From assembly GCA_050084515.1 (NCBI GenBank), contig CM114271.1:13578001-13642000 (forward strand): a stretch of DNA of 64,000 nt, given 5' to 3'. The DNA is from Blasia pusilla (taxonomy: Eukaryota). The notes under the pieces are model-generated. The model ran no database searches and was not told the origin of the DNA. It saw only the letters and a program-made list of their open reading frames with translations. The translations under genes were made by a program, and so were the position numbers. This document shows, piece by piece, positions 38,704 to 50,900 of this stretch (its first letter is position 1; every line of letters begins with the position of its first letter).

Positions 38704-39200
38704 TAAAGTAAGATCCAATCTCTCTCTACACCATCTCACACCATAGCTCTCAAAGGTGTGCACTCTCTCTCATGTCAAACCAAACCCACTCTCCTAATGA
38801 GAGGCTTGGGTTACACTCACAAGGCAAGGGACCATAGCTCTGCCGCCTCATGCCAAGAGGTTCAACAAAGAGAGAATGAGCTCTCAAGCTCTCTATCCTT
38901 GAGGTATACCTCTCCCCTCTCCCAAGCTCTCTCCATGGTAACCTATGCTCCCAAGTCATCTCCTTGGCTCTTGACCTGATGTAGGAGGTCAAGGGACACT
39001 TACCAAAAAATAGAAAGTCAATGATCCCCAACATGGAAACTTACCCGAAATAGTAAGTTTCTCTATATTGCTCCAAATGAGCCGAAATGAAGGGGAAACC
39101 GGGGGCTTCAGCATGTCATTCTCGACCTCTTGGGCCTGTCCTCCACCACTTGTGAAGACGCTCTGCTAGATCCCACCGATCTATCCTAACAATCGTGACA
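38704..39200 (-). repeat. 5' terminal repeat segment X1 (~497 bp)
   Basis: Copy of 29301-29796. It is not followed (on the minus strand) by Y or by a TGG-starting PBS. Confidence 0.95.
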
Positions 39201-39213
39201 TATTGAATTTCAT

Positions 39214-39645
39214 TTGGACTTCTTGTTGGATTCAATTCTAAGAGATAGTGTATCATTTACCACGTTGCAAGGATAGCAATCATAGCCTTCGTATATGTGC
39301 AACCCAAAATTTTACATCAGCCTTTCATGGGCGAGGTCATCCAGGCTTTGAAACGCGTCTACAATGATTCACATGCCATTGATGGAAGGGGCTCAATGAA
39401 TGGGAGTCACATAGGAGATTTGTGTAGGGGAACATATACATGCCAAATACTGAACCAACAAGTGATTTCAACTCTAGTCCAACTAAAAGTTGTGATTTCC
39501 AACCTGCAAATCCATTTTCACCTCCTATTGTATTGTCAGAATCCAACAGATTGAGTCACCAACTCTCAAGGTCCTTCAGAAGACATAGTGATAGTGGATC
39601 TCTTAAGACGACCAAAAGTAAGCATGTCTGTGTGATTGGAACTTG
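39214..39645 (+). pseudogene. Second, diverged copy of the RLK C-terminal segment
   Basis: Aligns by eye with 28643-29095; 'QPFMGEVIQALKRVYNDS'. Confidence 0.85.
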
Positions 39646-40793
39646 ATGATGTGTTCTACATTAGATGGTGAACATTAACGTAACTGGGAATACATTTAGG
39701 GTTATCTACTCTCTCAAGTTACGCGAGGCCTCGATATGTCATTCTCAACCTCTTAAAGCTATCTTCCAATCTTCTTAAAGGCACTCTACCAAAACTTGTC
39801 GATCTATTCTAAAAAAATGTGACAAATGTCTGAATTTTTTAGCTTAGGCTTTAGATGTTCAAGTCCCAATTCAAAGAGTATAAGGATTTGAAATATTGAC
39901 ATAGGATTGAATGAACTAAATTCAATACTCTAGGAGATTTGAGCACCAACCAAAATTGAGAGCAAACGTGGGATCTATCCACAGGGCACGTAGGCACCAA
40001 TTGCAATAAGATGTGCTAGTCTATTCTCGTGCATTTTGGGAAGTCAAAATTTATGGTTAAATTTGAAATACCCATTATTATTATTTATTTGAATGATTTA
40101 ATCTCTAAATCAATTTTGAACAATCCTATTGACTAAGGACGAGTGATTATATTGGTTTAAGGGGACAAGTATCAAGAGGAGAGGTGTTTGAAAATTAAGA
40201 AAGCTTTTGCAATAATAATATACATGCTCATGACAACTAAGATCCTTCCGGATGCACTCCTAGTGAGCAATCTTGATTGAGATAGATAGGCTATCATATT
40301 TCCATCGCTGGAAATTCCTTATCACAATAAACCAAAACTTAAGGTTTTCACATTAATTTTCTCAAGTTATGAAATTCCCAGCCAAAATTGTCATTCCAAA
40401 TTTTTTTATTTATTACCCTTTTCTAGTCTCCGTCCCTCCCACCAAATACATGGCATGAGAATCAAATTTTTAACACACATTAATTTGAATGAATTTGTCA
40501 TAAGTCACACATTGCCCTTGTGCGTAGCAACGGTGGAAAACTAGTGAGGAGTCGTGAGATGCATAGTCTTTATAATCCTAAACGCTCGATTTAATTTCTT
40601 CAACCACACATATATGCCACGCGTCATAAATGTATGGAGTGAGAAAGTTCAAGTTTTCCCATTTGGGAAAGAAAAGTTCCTCAAATAATAATATAGATTT
40701 GGGGTGTTAGGAGAACTTAACTAAGCTAAATCGTAACCATTCTTGTTTCCAATATTGAAACACGACTGACGACTCCACGTTGGGCCGATACAA

Positions 40794-41240
40794 TCTATAT
40801 TATTATAGGAGAGTGCCTTTATTTGCAAACATCTCTCTGCTTTACACGTGGCAACTGGGCAGTACGAAAATGTTTCACATGCTACGGGTAACAAGAAAAA
40901 ATTGAATTTTATGTGCAACATCATTAATCTCTTCCTTTCACGGGCTATACGATATCTCTTCAAATACTTTTTTATTTATCATGCATCGCACGGGCACCTT
41001 ACATCTATATTATTATTGGAAAGTGCTTATTGATTTGCAAACTCCTCTTTGTTTGACACATGGCTATTGGGCAGCAAGAAAAGGTTTCAATTACTACCGG
41101 CAGCGAAAAAAAATAAATTTGAATTTATGTACAATATCACTAATTTCTTCCATTCAAAGACTATACACGGGCACCTTATTAATAAATTTGTATGAGAAAA
41201 TATATGATTGATTTGCATAAACCTCTTTACATGACAATTA
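40794..41240 (+). mobile_element. Tandem ~210-bp mini-Helitron-like units
   Basis: Units start a|TCtatattattat at 40794 and 41004. Unit ends carry 'cacgggcacctta' (the first 'tgcatcgcacgggc'), the same hairpin arm as the Helitron end at 10944-10966. The third unit is partial. Confidence 0.6.
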
Positions 41241-42422
41241 AAAATAAGATATTTTATATATTACATAAAAAACTTTTTTTATTTCCCATACATTCACATA
41301 CACCTTTCTACCTGAGTTTTAAACACGAGATGCGACAGGGACGACAGCAGACCTCAAGGTCGGCGAAGGGCGTACGATGGTAGTTGAAACGAAGGATGGA
41401 CGAAGACTGGAAAGAGATAATTTTCATTTACCTTCTTTTCCTCAGTGTCCTCGACTCCTCACCTCTACAGAGTACAGATACGGTTCCATCACAAGCGACC
41501 GACTGCGGATCGAAAACCAAGATTTGCTTTGAATCCTTTCATATACGTCGTCCCTGCAGGCGTAACATTCAATGCTACAGTTCCAACACCCGGCCCAGCG
41601 AACTAATTGAAATCGCATGCGTACGATGCGTAGTTCTGGTCATAATTCGTCGACCAACACATTGCCAGGAGGATCTCTGGAGTCTGGATCAAAACCGGCA
41701 ACCCGAGGCGAAGCAAGCGCGAGCAAATCCACCGCAGGGGAGCGGGAGCCACTCCGAGCCCAGCCCCCAGGTGCAGCTTTGCCTTGCAATTTTCATCCTG
41801 ATTATTGAATTCGGAATCATCATCATCCCTGACTAGTTCACAACTTCACGAGGTTTGGAAACTGGATTATTGGAATCTTCCTCATCTAGGTTCCGCTCCT
41901 GCACGGCCTACAACGACCTCGACAATGATGTTGAGTAATCATTGCTCGCTCTTTTAGACGCTTTTACCGACTTGATAGTACACTGTGTAATTTCTTTTCT
42001 GTTTCGACCTAATTTCGGACCAAAATAATTGCGAGCACCTTTTGAGACAATGGATGGCGTTTCCGGAACGCTAGCTAGTTTCTGTGCATCGCACAGTTTT
42101 AGTAAGAATCCCCCTGCACTGTTAGGGAAGTGATGATACTCGGGAAGACCGAGCAGCCGAATACTAAACGTAAAACATTAATTTCCACAGGATATTCTTC
42201 TGTCTGCAGTGGCCGTGGGATGCACGGATGCCTGTTTAAGAATTCATGTTTCGATGTCATTTCCTACCGATCTCTGCATAATTTGATGAAATTGTTTTTT
42301 TTTGAGAAATCTAATGATACTTGTAAAGTAAAATAAATGCTTGCATGGTGATGTTTATATGTTTAGCAAAACCTTCCTCCTCTTAACAATGAGAAAAGAG
42401 AAAAAAAGGAAAGCATAGGTTT

Positions 42423-42541
42423 GGATGTGGCAACCCGGAATTCTCACCCGGTAACCCCACCCAATACAATTGTGGCCGGAGGGCGTTTAACTGCATAATT
42501 CTGATGGGATTTGATGTACTAGCCTTGGTATGACCACATCA
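42423..42541 (-). rRNA. Orphan, diverged 5S rRNA gene copy (probable pseudogene)
   Basis: Minus strand 'gatgtggtcataccaaggctagtacatcaaatcccatcagaattatgcagttaaacgccc...ccacatcc' (119 nt) is colinear with plant 5S rRNA. It has the bryophyte/fern-like 'GGTCATACCAAGGCTA' and a T7 run ~15 nt downstream. Confidence 0.85.
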
Positions 42542-44084
42542 TGTTCTCAGCATACCCACTTTGCCTATGCACAAGTACTCTCTAAGAAAATCAACGGTAT
42601 TTCAAGAATAGTAAGAGGCCCGTACATGATTTGGCACTCACATAAATAAATCAATCAATCAATCAGTCAATCTATCCGTCAAGGATAGATCAATCAACCT
42701 TCCAATTTGTTCTTAAAATTTATAAATTTAGCTTTTTATTCTTTTCTTGTTCTGGGTTTTATACTATTCAAAACTTCTACATGTGAGAAAAGATCCTTCT
42801 AATATTGCAAAAGTATAGTGGGACAATTTTGAGGGTAAAACCATACAACTATGAAAAAGAGCAAATGGAGAATTTGGAAATTGAAAAGGCTCATAAAATT
42901 CAGACAATATAAAAAATCAGAAATTCTCTTCAAGAGCTATTATTTCTACTTGATTGAAACAGAATCTCACTTATTTCAAGCCCAATAACCATGACTAAAA
43001 CATAACTTGGAATAATTTTCCAAACCTAATCTGAAAGATTCTTTCCCTCTAAGATATTAAATTGGTAGAAATTTCAAAAGTAATTGTGACAACCTTGTAC
43101 AATTCAATATTAACAGCTGTTAATATTTTAGACTTGTGGAATTCAAAAAGGGATGAGCTAGAACAAATAATAGTATACATTTCTAGATTTACATTTGAAT
43201 TTATCATATTTATAAAATTAGTATTTGTAGTCTTATAATTCATGGGCAAGTTGTATTGTTGGATAAAAACTTTCAAAATATTTAATGAATAGAATAAGGA
43301 ATTTAAATAAATAAAAAAAATTGTCTTGTTATAAGGATCAAGGTGTCATTGTGGTGGTTCTTTTTCCATAAATTTTGGATTTGAAACGATATGTAAAATA
43401 TAGACATCTGAAAATTTTCAAATAAAATAAAATTTAGATGGCATGGAACAAAATCAAGGTTTGGCATAATCTGAATATTTTCCCTTTTTTAAATAAAAAA
43501 TAAGAAATTAAAATCCTAATTTTTCCGTTGGGTATTTCATCATTAATGTGGCATCTCTTTTCTGCCTATGTGGTAACTAAAAACCCAAATATTCAGTAAT
43601 TTTTCATAAATTCAATCCCAAATATTATGATAAATGCCGACTATGACACGTCTTTTGTGGTGCAACAAAGAGTATATGCATGATGCATTTGAGGAGTCCA
43701 AAGGTTCGCCCAGGTAATCAAGGATGACATGTAAAGGAGCAAGGTATCCTATGACTGCAAGTTTCCTTTGTTTCGAACTCATTTGATGATTTGAGGAATA
43801 TACTATTTTAGGCACATTCCCTTCTTCTGGAATACCCAAGAAATTCAGTTCAATTTACCCTATTTCTATCTATAGAAAATTCCCATTGATCCACTACTAC
43901 ATGTTATGGTTGAGGAGGTGACTTGCGTGCATTAAGCACCAAGGAGAGAGTATACCTCAATGAGGGAAAGATTATGAGTTTATTGCCTCTTTCTTAATCC
44001 TCCTTAAATGAGGTGGCGGAGCTATGGTGCTCCTTTCTTTGTGAGTAACCCAAGCTTGGGCTCTCACCATTTGATTAGGTTTGG

Positions 44085-44086
<2 letters not shown>

Positions 44087-44180
<94 letters not shown>

Positions 44181-46132
44181 TCATTAAGTAGCGTATGTCG
44201 TAGCCTTGCGACCATAGACCCCGCGCCCTGGTTGGACGGTGCTTGAGATTGGTATGGGTGTAGAGAGAGAAGCAAGTGAAGAAGGTACCATATGAGAGGA
44301 GGGAGAAACTCTGATATAGTGTGAGTGCTGACCAAACAACGTGTTTGTGCGGAGCTTCCAAGTGTCAACCAAGAAACTCTTCACCACACCATCTACTTTA
44401 CCTGATTGGGATCCCCAACAGACATTACTTACTAGTGCAACAGCTTTGGGCAATGAATCAAGGCTACTGAACGTGTTGAACAATTCTGGTACTACCAGCT
44501 TAGCAATATGAGCATATGCTCTTGCTCTGTGTGTTGTGAATTTTGCGTAGGAGACCAAGTAATGACTAGAGGTTTCGTCCCCATCATCACACAAGGCACA
44601 AGAGTTTAGTTATGTTCCCATTCTACTTTTCTTATGGTTCAAGGGGATTTCCCCCATCTTGAACTTGAACTTGAGCCGGGTTTCCAAGCAAGGGGTTCCC
44701 CGCAAATAGTTCTTAAGTTCTACCCTCTGGGGATATACCGTCAAAAGAGAGAGGTCAGACATTTTCATGGCTTCCTCCGTGTTGTTCAGCTATGAGCGTT
44801 TGCCCATTGCTTTGGTTATGGTATCCACGAATGCTTTCTCATCTTGCTCCCACAGTTCAGGCCTTGCTAGGAGCTTGGATGCTTGCACAATCTCTTGCAC
44901 CTTTTTTGTCCAAGATTTGGCCTGCTTTACGGGTCTTCTTTGGGTCCAGGTTTTACCCCATCACCTCCTTAGGATAGCGATGGGAGTCCATCGTCTCCAA
45001 GTGCCTCCGCCATTTCAACTTGGCGATATCACGTCTATCCTCCAAGGGTTCCATACCAAGTTCTGATCTCACACCAACTTAGGCTGTTTGTAAGGAAGTT
45101 GACATCATACCTCGAAATGCCCTCACCTGCACACCTTCAAGCCTATCCCTTTGTTTGGTGTTGGCATCCCACACTGCTGCCTTGTATTCCTACGAGGGAC
45201 GAATGGTATGCAAAATGACACAGCGCTTTACTTTTGATGTGATATCTCAGTAGTCTTCTTAATGTGTACATCCCACATGCCATCTTACGAGAATTATATG
45301 CCCAGATAGGTGTATGTAGCCACACAGGGGATCTCTTGGTCACCCCAGTACCACTGTTGGTCTTGGTCCTCCTCCTTGCCATTGAAAATCATCACACTGC
45401 ACTTTAGTACATTTGCCTCCATGCCCCACATGTCACGCTAGAGTTTGGTCAAGGATATCATCTCTTGGAGTTTCTCTCCTATTTCCTTGAGGCCACCAAA
45501 GTCATCAGCAAACATGAGGGCAACAATAGAGTTGTTGCCCACATGTATGCCTAGTCCACTATCCTCCATTTCTTCCAATAGGGAATTCACAAAAATGTTG
45601 AAGAGGGTGGGGGAGAGCGAGCATCCTTGAGCCACTCCTTGCTTGATGTCGAATGTCCCACTCTTTTGGCCATTCACCACAACTCTACTCCTTGTGTTCT
45701 GGTATATCTTCTCCACCACCCTCCACATTTTCCCTCTCAACCCCACCTTCCACAAGCTATAAGAAAGCCCGTCACGCCATACAATGTCGTATGCCTTCTT
45801 GAGGTCCAAGAAGAAGCAATAGGTGGGTTTCCCCTCTTTTTTCCTACCCTAGATGATCTGACTGAAGGTGAAGATGTGGTCCACGCATCCTCGGGCTTGC
45901 CAGAAGCCAGCCTTGACTTCCTTGATGACAAAATTCTCCTCCAGGTACACAGAGATCCTATTGTTGAGTATACGGCAAAGGAGATTCGTAACATCACTCA
46001 GCAATGTAATACCCCTGTAGTTTCTAGGGTCTTCTCGCTCACCCTTCTTGAAGAGGTTCACGATGACTCCCATCCGCCATCTTTGTGGGATAACTTCTGC
46101 CCACCAGACCAGGTTGAAGAGACTCACTAGAG
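44087..46132 (-). mobile_element. Family A LINE, 5'-truncated, with (TC)n tail
   Basis: RT motifs 'NYRGITLLS', 'DLKKAYD', 'GVAQGCSLSPTLF', 'LMFADD'; C-terminal CCHC. Tail 44087-44177. Confidence 0.92.
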
Positions 46133-46225
46133 GGGGATACTGCATCATTGAATTTTTGGTTATTTGGTAGGATCCATTTCTTAAAATAATTCATGTGTCA
46201 GAGTAGTGGTTATGCGGTATCCCCC

Positions 46226-46639
46226 GGCAATCTCAATGCCATGATTTCACTTTGTTGTTGTAACACCTCTATTTGGGCAACCATCCTAGCCTCACGACTA
46301 AGGCCTCTCTTGCCATGTCCAAGTGGCGAGCCTTGGCATCCTCTAGTGACCCTAACAACTTAGCAAGTAGGCTTCCATTGGGACCACTATCAAATATATG
46401 GCCATACCTACAATAGATGCTTCATCTTATGCAATGCAGAAGAGAGTTGAAGGACTATATGGAGCCAGTGGCCATGGAGTAGGTAGTCTTAGAGGAGGAA
46501 GAGGTGGAGGGTTAATCCATAGAGGATGCCAAGGCTCGCCACTTGGACATGGCAAGAGAGGCCTTAGTCGTGAGGCTATGATGGTTTCCCAAATAGAGGT
46601 GTTACAACAACAAAGTGAAATCATGGCATTGAGATTGCC
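46226..46639. repeat. 120-bp inverted repeat (arms 46226-46345 and 46520-46639)
   Basis: The arms are reverse complements with 2 mismatches by eye; 174-bp spacer. Confidence 0.92.
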
Positions 46640-47050
46640 TACTGTTTAGTTGGTGAGATCTATATCATATCGGGCATATAGAGACACAAAAAGTCTTGGA
46701 TGGATGTGTGGGATACCACAAATAGAGGAAACCTCTATGGTTAGACAAAAATAAATAGTAAAGTTGGATCCTTAGTGAGGGAATTTGATTGACATACCAC
46801 ACTTTCTCATTTATTTCCATTGTTTGAGGAAATAAGAACTCCATCCATGGATTTTGATCTCACTAGCAAGAGGTTGGATGTTGGTGGTGTATTGACATGA
46901 CATGTGATGAGGAATTCAAGTACCTCAATACCCATTATTAATGCTCAAGGGGATCTACATTAAGTTCATTTTTTAGGGTGGCCATAATTATGTATAGTGT
47001 CATATGCTTTTCTACCACAAATGTTATGACCTTGGGAGGCATGCTATCAA
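46400..47050 (+). mobile_element. Diverged gag fragment related to the MTase-Gypsy family
   Basis: 'MVSQIEVLQQQSEIMALRLPTV...GWMCG' parallels 'MAAQIQQLQQQIAAMALRLPNV...GWMCG' at 35266-35718. Confidence 0.7.
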
Positions 47051-47067
47051 AGTTTTTGGCTTATCAC

Positions 47068-47950
47068 CACTAGAAGAATCATCATATTTTATCACTAGGT
47101 TTTTTACCAACTCCATTATATATCATGATCCATGACTTGAAACAATCAACGGCTTGTTGAGTCACAAAAGGCAAGTCATAGCTTTGGAATAACTAGGGCA
47201 ACTATAACAGTTTGCTAACATGGAAGTATTTTCCTCCTTATATGACTCAATGGTTGAGTCATACAAAGAGGGTTACAACGTTCACAAAGGTGATGTGGCA
47301 AGTGCCATGGAAAAACATAATAGTGACGTATAAAACATCATATGTTAGCACAAGATGTGGACAAAAGGATAATTATGCTATTTATAATAATACAACTATC
47401 ATAGTTAGCTAGTAGGAGGGACTTATATGGCTATCGGAGTCATTTTTTCATGACTAGTGGTAGGGGAAATGAACCAAGCAATTCATTAAAGTTGACCATT
47501 GGAGTCATGAAAAGATTAAATTTTAGGGTTTGGGACATATATGACTATTAGAACAGAACTAAAGTAGTCATGAAAGTTTACTATCCTAGTCATGAAAAGA
47601 GTAAAATCTTGGGTTTGTTACATAAATGAATATGGGAGTCAAATTTTCATGACTAATAGTTAGAAAATTCAACCAGGGTAATAATTAAAGTTAACGATCC
47701 TAGTCAAGATATGACTAAGAGAGTTAGCAACAATGAATCAACTTACGACTAAATGTATCTTATGATGAGTTCTCAATTCTGAATCAATGAGTGATTATAT
47801 TGTGAGGAGTTTGGCATACATTTTATTCTTTGTATGACTCTAGTAGTCTGATGTATAGTCATGCTTGTATGAGTGTGGGAGTCTTAAAGTTAAGATGCAG
47901 ATCTCATGTAACACAACAAGAATGACTTGATGAGTCATTCAACTATGACT
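47068..47950 (+). mobile_element. Probable CACTA terminus with subterminal repeats
   Basis: 'CACTAGAAGAA' at 47068 followed by many 'catgact/agtcat' motifs in both orientations. No matching second end was found. Confidence 0.45.
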
Positions 47951-50900
47951 TCTTGAATTACAATTTCTAAATATGTTTGTAGGCATTTGAAAGTTTATTT
48001 TAAAAAATTCAAAATCATATCAATTTTGTCCAATAACGATCAGAAAAGTCAAAGAATTAGTCCATGCACTTGATTGAGGGCCAAAAAAGTTTGACTTGCT
48101 TGCTTATATGGAAAGTGGGCATCATGCAAGTAAGAGTTGAAACAAGTAAAAACCTTGCTACAGTATTGAATTTGGCTAGGTTTTTGTTTGCAACCTGCAT
48201 GAGAACAAGTAAAATGGAAGAGCTTCACAAGTCTCATATATTTATTCTATGCACTTGCACAAATAAATGGAGTATGAACAAAAAGACAATTAGTTGTTAT
48301 ATGAGCCATCTAATAATAAAAAATGCATGACTTGGGTAGCAATGGATAAGAGATAGACAACCATCAAATAGAATTCTTAAAGGAGAAAGTAAAATAGGTG
48401 GATGGACTATTCCACTAAGTCACATCTAAAACCTTGGCATGCAAAATACATATAAAAGAATCTCTTTACCATAAAAGAGTGAAGATGTTTCAGAAGTGTT
48501 TGAAATTGATCTAAACTTATTTGCAATGATAGTTTGAACACTTATCTAGTTGAAGTGTTGGATATTAGATAGGTCTAACCTATACACTTCCTTACATGCA
48601 TTTCTAGCGAGAGCATGGTTGAACATGATGCATCTCCAAAAGTGACTTGAGACGGTTCATTATCTACATTGGGAGTCCACAAGGAATGATCAGATCTATC
48701 ACATTGATCAAGTTGATTCTCACCATGCCAAGTGGAATGTCATTGCCATGGAACTTTTCTTGGGCTCCAAATCTTGTAATAACCCCAAAGCCAAGGACCA
48801 TCCTACTTAACTATGGCTTAGTGAGGTGAACATGATTCCCTATACCCAATTATAAACATCGCCAAAACAAATTTGCGCTTATTAATCTATGGAAAATTAC
48901 ATTCTCCATTAATAGCTATAACCAAATAAGCAATGTATATTATATTTTACCTTCTTGAGTGACCGTCCCTATCTTGGTAGACTATATGAGAATTTCACGA
49001 GTCTTATACCAAGAAGTAATTGTCCACAGAAATAATTATCAATGAATCATGTAGCATGAAACAATATGAGTAGTGAACGTACATGGGAAGAACTTACCTT
49101 GGTCTATTTTTTTAACCTCTGGACCCGGTGTCACTTCCCTGCTCTTGCCGAACATTAGCTTATCCTTTTGCCTTTTTTTTGGAGAGGACTTATCCTTGTT
49201 ATCTACACTCTAATAGTCTACATATTTTCACAAATGATTCAAGCAAGAAAATATTGTAGAATAGAATCCCAAGAAAATCATAATTCATTACAATATAAAA
49301 AGCATCAACTAAATAAGATTTGAAACTAATCAACCCTAACGCACGTTCTTTGTTAGATCTTCATCATCACTTTCTATGAAGCTCTTCTTATATTGGCAAA
49401 CCAAGGGTTGTAAATCTATATTGATTGGATGAAGAAATCAATCCATAAAGATATAGAAAGATCAATGGGGCCTTGAACCAAAATGTAGATGAAAGAAAAG
49501 AAAATATTATGTAGGTGGACTATGATATCACACATTCTTCACTTGGGGCAATAGTCTTACTCCTCAATCCAACTTTGATTGGGGGATCGGGATCAATAGG
49601 ACCATCCCCACATGCAGTGACTCATTTGGAACTTGAGTTCCGATTGCTCACTCCTCCCATGCATGGTAACAAGTCTAAGCTAAGGGAACCAACAATGGAT
49701 AAAACTTAAGACGACCTTCGTCTTTGAAAACAAAATGTCTTATGCTAAAAAAATGCCATGAGTATTCTCTTATTATGGTTATTACTCACCCAAAAACTTC
49801 TCCCTACTATATGAAAGGATCTACTAAAACTCTGATAGAAATATAAGAAGTACTATCATAAAAGCATCTTTAAAATATAAGAGAATGCACCAAAATCTAC
49901 ACACTAGAAATAGAGTTTGGATTGGGAGTAGGGTTGAATTTAGGGATAGGATTTGGAAAAATGGATATTAATGGAGAAGGAGAGGGATGATCTTGCCTTG
50001 CTAACTTTGACACCATAGATATAAGCTCGCTCCATATTTTTTTTGTTGCTCCATTTATGCCTTCACAACATCCAAGTCGTTTCTCCATGTCCTCTCTACT
50101 TCCTCCAATAGATTGGATGGTCACTCTAGACTCCACACTCTTCACATCTAAAAAGCAAAAACTCAATTCAACACCTAGATATTAAACTACGGACAATAAA
50201 GGGGATAATATATTCCAATATACTAACTTCAAGCAAAAAAGAGATTAAGGAAATTTTATCCATGAGCTTAAATTTGTGAAAATTTGATTTAGGGGGATGG
50301 ATTTAGGCTTTACTCCTTTTGTGCCACATGTAGCAATCTATGATTTTGTGCCTTACACAAAATAAAACATGCTAGAGACTCGTTAGGATCCTTACCAAGA
50401 TACAGATTCACAGACATTCTCCTCATAGATAGATATGAAGAAATGAGCAATTATGAGTATGTTTACAAATAATAAAAGTTATCACTCTATCCTCCTTGGA
50501 GGATAGAGTGAGATGTTGCTCCAACGTAGGTGTGCGCCCCAAGGATATGGTTTTGTACAAGTGCCATACTTATAGCATTCTACTTACTAAGTTTGACACA
50601 AGACGAGTCCAAGTATCTCATAGACCATACCTTTAACTCATTCAACCAAGGTTCATAACCTCAAATCTTCATGGTAGGATGGTTTTTGGGCATCAACTCA
50701 CACCTATGCTTCGCATTTTTCTCTTTACGAGCAGAGATATCTTGTGCCCAGAAGTCTTACTTGGTTCTACTTTTCCTTTCTAGAATAGATGCGAGGAATC
50801 TCCACTCTTTACTACAATTAGTTCCTCATGATTTAGGTTGTTATATTAGGGATGTCATTATTTATCACTCAAGTGCTTTAGGCATTGGTTAGGATAAGAC

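Larger units (their letters stand above)
29174..39200 (-). mobile_element. Ty3/Gypsy-type retrotransposon with cytosine methyltransferase and PHD finger, split terminal repeats, 4-bp TSD
   Basis: Termini TGTC...GACA; TSD tatt at 29170-29173 and 39201-39204. Gag CCHC 'CWSCGGAHHQRDC', protease 'LLDSGAQ', MTase, RT 'MCGDYRPIN/DLRAGYHQ/PFGLKNA/YIDK', RNaseH 'LHTDWS..VVAYASRS', integrase 'HEELGHFG..CMVC/LDFAGP', PHD. Confidence 0.95.

Noticed and set aside
41384-41836. 150-aa ORF
   Set aside because: Non-ATG start and no recognisable motifs.
47120-47950. Short recurring motifs that might suggest a CRISPR-like array
   Set aside because: Irregular spacing, both orientations, eukaryotic context and no cas genes; better explained as transposon subterminal repeats.
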